DNA from: an uncultured Amylibacter sp.
GTDB taxonomy: Bacteria > Pseudomonadota > Alphaproteobacteria > Rhodobacterales > Rhodobacteraceae
Direction of reading: 5' to 3'
DNA length: 64,000 bases
Assembly: GCA_947497475.1 (NCBI GenBank)
Contig: CANMGS010000001.1
Location: forward strand, 1,197,747 to 1,261,746
Positions 59,800-64,000 of this stretch are shown here, in pieces; position 1 is the first letter of the stretch; each line of letters starts with the position of its first letter. The notes below the pieces were generated by a model. That model was not told where the DNA came from. It made no database searches and saw only the letters and a list, made by a program, of their open reading frames with translations. A program made the position numbers and the translations under genes.

Positions 59800-60665
59800 A
59801 TAAAAACGCACAACATTCAAAAATAGTACTTGTAACTGGACCTTCCGGTGCTGGACGCAGTACGGCGATTAAAGTTTTTGAAGATATCGGCTATGAAACC
59901 ATAGATAATATGCCTTTATCGTTTTTACCTAAGCTGCTTTCTGGACAACCGCATGCCAGTCATATGGCATTAGGTGTTGATATCCGTACACGTGATTTTA
60001 ATGTTGGAACTGTTCTGGATATTCACGAAGAGATAAAGCGAACTGAAGGGTTCTACAGCACAATTCTGTTTTTGGATTGCGATACAGATGTGCTTGTGAA
60101 GCGTTACAGTGAAACGCGCAGACGTCATCCTTTATTACCAGGTGATGCGCCAGAATTTGGGATCGCTGAAGAAAAGAAAATATTGTCAAAGCTTCGCGCT
60201 CTTGCCGATACTCTAATTGATACGACACGTTTATCGCCACATGATCTAAAATCAGAGTTGATAAAATGGTATGGTGACGCCAGCGAAAATCATATGTCGA
60301 TAACTTTACATTCGTTTTCATATAAGCGCGGGGCGCCGCGTGGTGTCGATATGACCTTTGATTGCCGGTTCTTAAAAAATCCATACTGGGATGAAACTTT
60401 GCGTGATTTGAATGGTCTGGACAATCGTGTTTCGGATTATGTAAAGACAGATAATAGGTTTTCTGAATTTTTCGATCGTTTGAATGGGTTATGTGGGTTT
60501 TTGTTGCCTGCATACATCGACGAAGGGAAAGCTCATTTTTCCATTGGCTTAGGCTGTACGGGCGGTCAACACCGTTCTGTTTGCGTAGCGGAAGCATTGG
60601 GGAAAAGCCTTGCAGACTCAGGCTGGCATGTATCTATACGCCACAGAGAACTGGAGAGACAGTAA
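59796..60665 (+). CDS. rapZ: RNase adapter / nucleotide-binding protein RapZ (YhbJ family)
   Basis: 289 aa. Walker A GPSGAGRST. ...FDCRFLKNPYW... and GCTGGQHRSV motifs. Confidence 0.9.
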   Translation: MNKNAQHSKIVLVTGPSGAGRSTAIKVFEDIGYETIDNMPLSFLPKLLSGQPHASHMALGVDIRTRDFNVGTVLDIHEEIKRTEGFYSTILFLDCDTDVLVKRYSETRRRHPLLPGDAPEFGIAEEKKILSKLRALADTLIDTTRLSPHDLKSELIKWYGDASENHMSITLHSFSYKRGAPRGVDMTFDCRFLKNPYWDETLRDLNGLDNRVSDYVKTDNRFSEFFDRLNGLCGFLLPAYIDEGKAHFSIGLGCTGGQHRSVCVAEALGKSLADSGWHVSIRHRELERQ

Positions 60666-60691
60666 ATGCGAAACGTAAGAGAGGCGCAGAT

Positions 60692-61075
60692 TTGATCGGA
60701 GTTGTTATTGTTGCACATGGAGGCTTGGCCAAAGAATATTTGGCTGCTGTAGAACATGTCGTGGGAAAACAAAAAGGTATCAAAGCAATTTCGATTGCTG
60801 CTGAATGCGACCGCTCTGCGAAGCAAGAGGAAATCTGTACCGTTGCAGATGAGTTGGACACTGGAGACGGTGTGATTGTCGTTGTGGATATGTTTGGCGG
60901 TTCTCCTGCCAATCTTTCAATGATGGCTTGCTCTGCCAAAAAGCGTAAGATCCTTTACGGTGCAAACTTGCCAATGCTGGTTAAACTGGCCAAGTCACGC
61001 AATTTGTCTGTTGAGCAAGCAATCGAAACGAGCATGGCTGCGGGCAAAAAATACATGAACAGTTGTAATTGCTGA
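60692..61075 (+). CDS. manX: PTS EIIA component, mannose/fructose family
   Basis: 127 aa from the TTG at 60692 (LIGVVIVAHGGLA...), with AAGAGAGG 8 nt upstream. Phosphorylatable His in VAHG. The ORF-track start at 60491 overlaps rapZ and is unlikely. Confidence 0.8.
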   Translation: MIGVVIVAHGGLAKEYLAAVEHVVGKQKGIKAISIAAECDRSAKQEEICTVADELDTGDGVIVVVDMFGGSPANLSMMACSAKKRKILYGANLPMLVKLAKSRNLSVEQAIETSMAAGKKYMNSCNC

Positions 61076-61097
61076 ACTATTCATAAAGGCTGTTCAA

Positions 61098-61364
61098 ATG
61101 ACGAAGACACTTACGATTATCAATGAAAAAGGGCTGCATGCGCGAGCATCTGCCAAATTTGTTGAAATGGTTGAAAGTTTTGATGCAGATGCCGAAGTCA
61201 GCAAAGATGGCATGACAGTGGCTGGGAATTCCATTATGGGTCTAATGATGTTGGCGGCATCCAAAGGATGTACGATCGATGTAACTACCTCGGGGGAACA
61301 AGCAGAAGCTTTGGCTGATGCCTTAGAAATGCTTGTGGGGGATTATTTTGGTGAGGGCCAATAA
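61098..61364 (+). CDS. ptsH: Phosphocarrier protein HPr/NPr
   Basis: 88 aa. His-15 context GLHARAS and Ser-46 context GNSIMGLM. Confidence 0.92.
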   Translation: MTKTLTIINEKGLHARASAKFVEMVESFDADAEVSKDGMTVAGNSIMGLMMLAASKGCTIDVTTSGEQAEALADALEMLVGDYFGEGQ

Positions 61365-61366
61365 GT

Positions 61367-62233
61367 ATGACTGAAGCAAATACACAAAACGAAGCAGAAC
61401 AGATCAAGCTTTATGATCGTTCAGAGCTGACTTATGCCAATTCATTTCCAAATTTTTGGAAACGTACGTTTATTAAAACAGTTGAAACTTTAACGGCACG
61501 TATCCCGTTGTTGTGGCATATGCGTCAGTGGGAAAATGACCCCAATAAGGATCCGCATTTCTGGACGTCTGTTTTGAACCAGATGAGCATTAAAGTGACG
61601 ACGCCAGCAGACCAGATGGAAAACATCCCCGCAAAAGGATCTGTGGTTGTTGTTTGTAACCACCCACATGGCTTGGTGGATGGCTTAGTGCTTGCGTGGC
61701 TTTTGTCGAAACGCCGTGAGGATTTTCAAATTATCACACGCGCATTGCTGAATGGTGTTGATGTTGCTGCTAAAAACCTTCTGTCGGTCAGCTTTCCACA
61801 TGAAGAAGATGCTGTTCGTAAGAACCTTCAGACACGTAAAGATGCTTTAAATAGTGTGAAAGATGGCCACTGTGTTGGTGTGTTTCCTGCGGGTACTGTA
61901 TGTACAAGTAAGACTGCTTTTGGGCCTGTTACAGAAGCAGAATGGGGCACATTCACGTCTAAACTTATTCTTCATACAGATGCCCAAGTCGTTCCTATTT
62001 TTTTCCAAGGTTCAAATTCGCGCGCTTTCCAAATTGCGAACCGTATTTCAGATACATGCCGCCAAAGCCTATTGATGTATGAGATCAAAAAGGCTTTTGG
62101 CAAAGATCAAGCACCCGTTGTGGGTAAACCGATTGGGCGCGATGTTCTGGATAAATACAAAACAGATGCGGAAGGGCTGATGGCGTTCTTGCGTCAAACG
62201 ACTTTGGACTTAGACCCTAAGGCAAAAGGGTAA
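61367..62233 (+). CDS. Lysophospholipid acyltransferase-family protein (PlsC-like HX4D)
   Basis: 288 aa. NHPHGLVDG (HX4D) and a FPAGT block. It starts 2 nt after the ptsH stop codon. Confidence 0.7.
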   Translation: MTEANTQNEAEQIKLYDRSELTYANSFPNFWKRTFIKTVETLTARIPLLWHMRQWENDPNKDPHFWTSVLNQMSIKVTTPADQMENIPAKGSVVVVCNHPHGLVDGLVLAWLLSKRREDFQIITRALLNGVDVAAKNLLSVSFPHEEDAVRKNLQTRKDALNSVKDGHCVGVFPAGTVCTSKTAFGPVTEAEWGTFTSKLILHTDAQVVPIFFQGSNSRAFQIANRISDTCRQSLLMYEIKKAFGKDQAPVVGKPIGRDVLDKYKTDAEGLMAFLRQTTLDLDPKAKG

Positions 62234-62293
62234 CTGACATTCCTTTTTAAGCCTTTATACTTATTCAAACGTGTTTAACGTTAAGGAATAGGT

Positions 62294-63634
62294 ATGCTGT
62301 TTTTCGATGAGATATTTGGTGCATTGGAATGTAACCGCAATCTTGCGACAAAGGTTAAGGTTGTAAACGCGTCTGAAAATTTACCGTCTTGGTTTGAAAC
62401 CTCTGATTTGGCTGTTGCGACTATGGCGGCTGCGGGGGCTATGGCAGGGCAGCTGTTGTCAGGATCTGAGCCTGATGTTGTTATTGATAAACGATTGGCT
62501 TCGCTTTGGTTTGATATGACCATACGCCCGATAGATTGGCAGCTTCCGCCTATTTGGGACACGATTGCAGGGGATTATCAAACGGCAGATGGGTGGATCA
62601 GGTTACATACGAATGCGCCACACCATAGAAAGGCGGCACTGTCAGTTTTGGGGGATTATGCAGATCGTGAAAGTTTGCGACCAGTTGTTGCCCAATGGAA
62701 AAAGGATGCGTTAGAACAAGCGATTGTTTCGGCGAATGGGTGTGCTGCGGCAATGCGGGGTTTAGAGGTTTGGTCTAAACATTCACATGGTCAAACGCTT
62801 GCTGCGGAACCTTTGATCGATTTCATCAAGCGGGGTGAAGGGGTCAAGACGCCAATTGCTAAATCCCTTAAAGGTCTGAAGGTTTTAGATTTGACCCGTG
62901 TATTAGCTGGCCCTATTGCAACACGGTTTTTAGCGGGATTGGGTGCTGATGTGTTGCGCATTGATTCACTTGATTGGGAAGAAGATAGTGTTGCGCCAGA
63001 AGTGACTTTAGGCAAGCGGTGTGCTGGTTTGGATTTGCGTGCTGTTGATGGGCGAAAAACATTCGAAGGCTTGCTGAAAGAAGCGGATGTTTTGGTGCAT
63101 GGCTACCGTGCGGATGCTTTGGCTGGTCTAGGCTATGATGGTGAAGCTTTGCGCAAACATAATCCAAAACTGATTGATGTATGTTTGAACGCGTACGGTT
63201 GGACTGGGTCTTGGGAAACGCGACGCGGATTTGACAGTCTGGTTCAGATGAGCAGTGGTATTGCGTCTTATGGCATGGATATGAGCGGGGCGGATAAGCC
63301 AACGCCATTGCCTGTACAAGCGCTTGATCATGGTACGGGGTATTTGATTGCTGCGGCAGTTTTGAAATGCTTGCGAGAACGAGCGGAAATAGGAACAGTT
63401 ATGTCTGCACGGTTGTCGCTTGCACGTGTGGCACATCTTTTGGCAACGTCGAAACGTGATACTTTACATGTGGGGATTGCGCCCGAGACATCTGCGGATT
63501 GTGATCCTGCACTTGAAAGAACGGTTTGGGGGGATGCAAAACGTATTTGTTTCCCACTTCAAATAGATGGTATTCCATTTGAATGGGCATACCCTGCTGG
63601 GCAGCTACGCACATCAAAACCAGAGTGGTTGTAA
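62294..63634 (+). CDS. CoA-transferase family III (CaiB/BaiF-like) protein
   Basis: 446 aa. ...LKGLKVLDLTRVLAGPIATRFLAGLGADVLRID... is the family III N-terminal signature. Confidence 0.85.
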   Translation: MLFFDEIFGALECNRNLATKVKVVNASENLPSWFETSDLAVATMAAAGAMAGQLLSGSEPDVVIDKRLASLWFDMTIRPIDWQLPPIWDTIAGDYQTADGWIRLHTNAPHHRKAALSVLGDYADRESLRPVVAQWKKDALEQAIVSANGCAAAMRGLEVWSKHSHGQTLAAEPLIDFIKRGEGVKTPIAKSLKGLKVLDLTRVLAGPIATRFLAGLGADVLRIDSLDWEEDSVAPEVTLGKRCAGLDLRAVDGRKTFEGLLKEADVLVHGYRADALAGLGYDGEALRKHNPKLIDVCLNAYGWTGSWETRRGFDSLVQMSSGIASYGMDMSGADKPTPLPVQALDHGTGYLIAAAVLKCLRERAEIGTVMSARLSLARVAHLLATSKRDTLHVGIAPETSADCDPALERTVWGDAKRICFPLQIDGIPFEWAYPAGQLRTSKPEWL

Positions 63635-63637
63635 AAG

Positions 63638-63668
63638 CAAAAGGCCCGCGAAAATCGCAGGCCTTTCA
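63638..63668. terminator. Bidirectional terminator candidate between the CoA-transferase gene and etfA
   Basis: GGCCCGCG / CGCAGGCC stem (one mismatch), 5-nt loop, A-run upstream and TTTC downstream. Confidence 0.5.
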
Positions 63669-63689
63669 AAATCATGTATCTTTGTTTGT

Positions 63690-64000
63690 TTATAGAGCGT
63701 CAGTCAATTCTGGAACTGCGTCAAACAAATCTGCAACCAAACCGTAATCAGCAACTTGGAAAATAGGTGCTTCTTCGTCTTTGTTGATTGCAACGATAAC
63801 TTTACTGTCTTTCATACCAGCAAGGTGCTGAATAGCGCCTGAGATACCTGCAGCGATGTACAGATCAGGAGCAACAACTTTACCAGTTTGGCCAACTTGC
63901 CAATCGTTTGGTGCGTAACCGCTGTCTACAGCCGCACGAGATGCGCCAACAGCAGCGTTTAGTTTGTCAGCCAAAGCTTCGATGATTTTGAAGCTTTCTT
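63690..64000 (-). CDS. etfA: Electron-transfer flavoprotein alpha subunit, C-terminal fragment; the gene start lies beyond the window end
   Basis: ...[64 protein letters not shown] is the conserved ETF-alpha FAD-binding C-terminus. The frame is open to the window edge. Confidence 0.9.
   Translation of the reverse strand, partial: ESFKIIEALADKLNAAVGASRAAVDSGYAPNDWQVGQTGKVVAPDLYIAAGISGAIQHLAGMKDSKVIVAINKDEEAPIFQVADYGLVADLFDAVPELTDAL

Noticed and set aside
60491-60691. The N-terminal 67 codons of the ORF-track version of the EIIA gene, overlapping the 3' end of rapZ
   Set aside because: The extension overlaps rapZ by 175 nt and has no EIIA homology. The EIIA(Man)-type N-terminus (LIGVVIVAHGG) begins at the TTG at 60692, which has its own AAGAGAGG ribosome-binding site.
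1-64000. A search for CRISPR arrays, IS elements or transposases, integrases, prophage genes, toxin-antitoxin pairs and known defence-system hallmarks
   Set aside because: I found no regularly spaced direct repeats, no transposase-, integrase- or recombinase-like ORFs, no terminal inverted repeats flanking the AT-rich insert, and no small adjacent TA-like gene pairs. The window is core-genome-like throughout.

Overview
The window reads as a densely packed, mostly housekeeping chromosomal segment of an alphaproteobacterium. Gene content and synteny suggest a moderately AT-rich, streamlined member of the Rhodobacterales (roseobacter group); this is an inference, and no database search was run. 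I support about 75 protein-coding genes.

Main gene blocks, in window order:
- ald with a divergent Lrp regulator, then azlCD
- a molybdenum-cofactor block, fdhD-mobA-mobB-moeA
- greA, ETF-ubiquinone oxidoreductase, a TPR protein with ispE, ispB, thiolase, a stand-alone EAL protein, and tag
- argH, a mini-lipoprotein, DUF2834, lysA, and a TIGR02302 protein
- a ZitP-like zinc-ribbon protein divergent from ftsEX-plsC
- accA, then def, a def-like paralog and fmt
- a TetR/YHS pair, an orphan arsH, and rnhA-ispH
- NYN, folK, rpoZ and spoT, followed by pdxJ-acpS-lepB-rnc-era ... recO
- the typical alphaproteobacterial locus of pckA divergent from chvI-chvG-hprK-rapZ-EIIA(Man)-HPr
- a CoA-transferase and the 3' end of etfA

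I found no rRNA, tRNA, CRISPR array, transposase, integrase, phage gene or recognisable defence gene. I do not see convincing evidence for a novel multi-gene system.

The observations most worth a second look:
1. An intact tandem peptide-deformylase paralog has lost the metal-ligand Cys and the catalytic Glu.
2. Four GTAYGG hexamers sit at an exact 11-bp phase in an intergenic region.
3. A roughly 1-kb strongly AT-rich insert between era-DUF1491 and recO carries an orphan membrane ORF, an orphan terminator-like hairpin and a perfect 12-bp palindrome.
4. At 9 of 15 convergent gene junctions the two stop codons overlap or abut, which leaves no room for terminators.
5. Two conserved-unknown envelope proteins lie next to ftsEX: a TIGR02302 Gln/Gly-rich protein and a ZitP-like zinc-ribbon protein.
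6. Two plausible genes fall below the 60-aa ORF-track cutoff: a DUF465-like protein and an LptM-like lipoprotein.

All family assignments come from reading motifs in the translations by eye and should be confirmed with HMM or BLAST searches.
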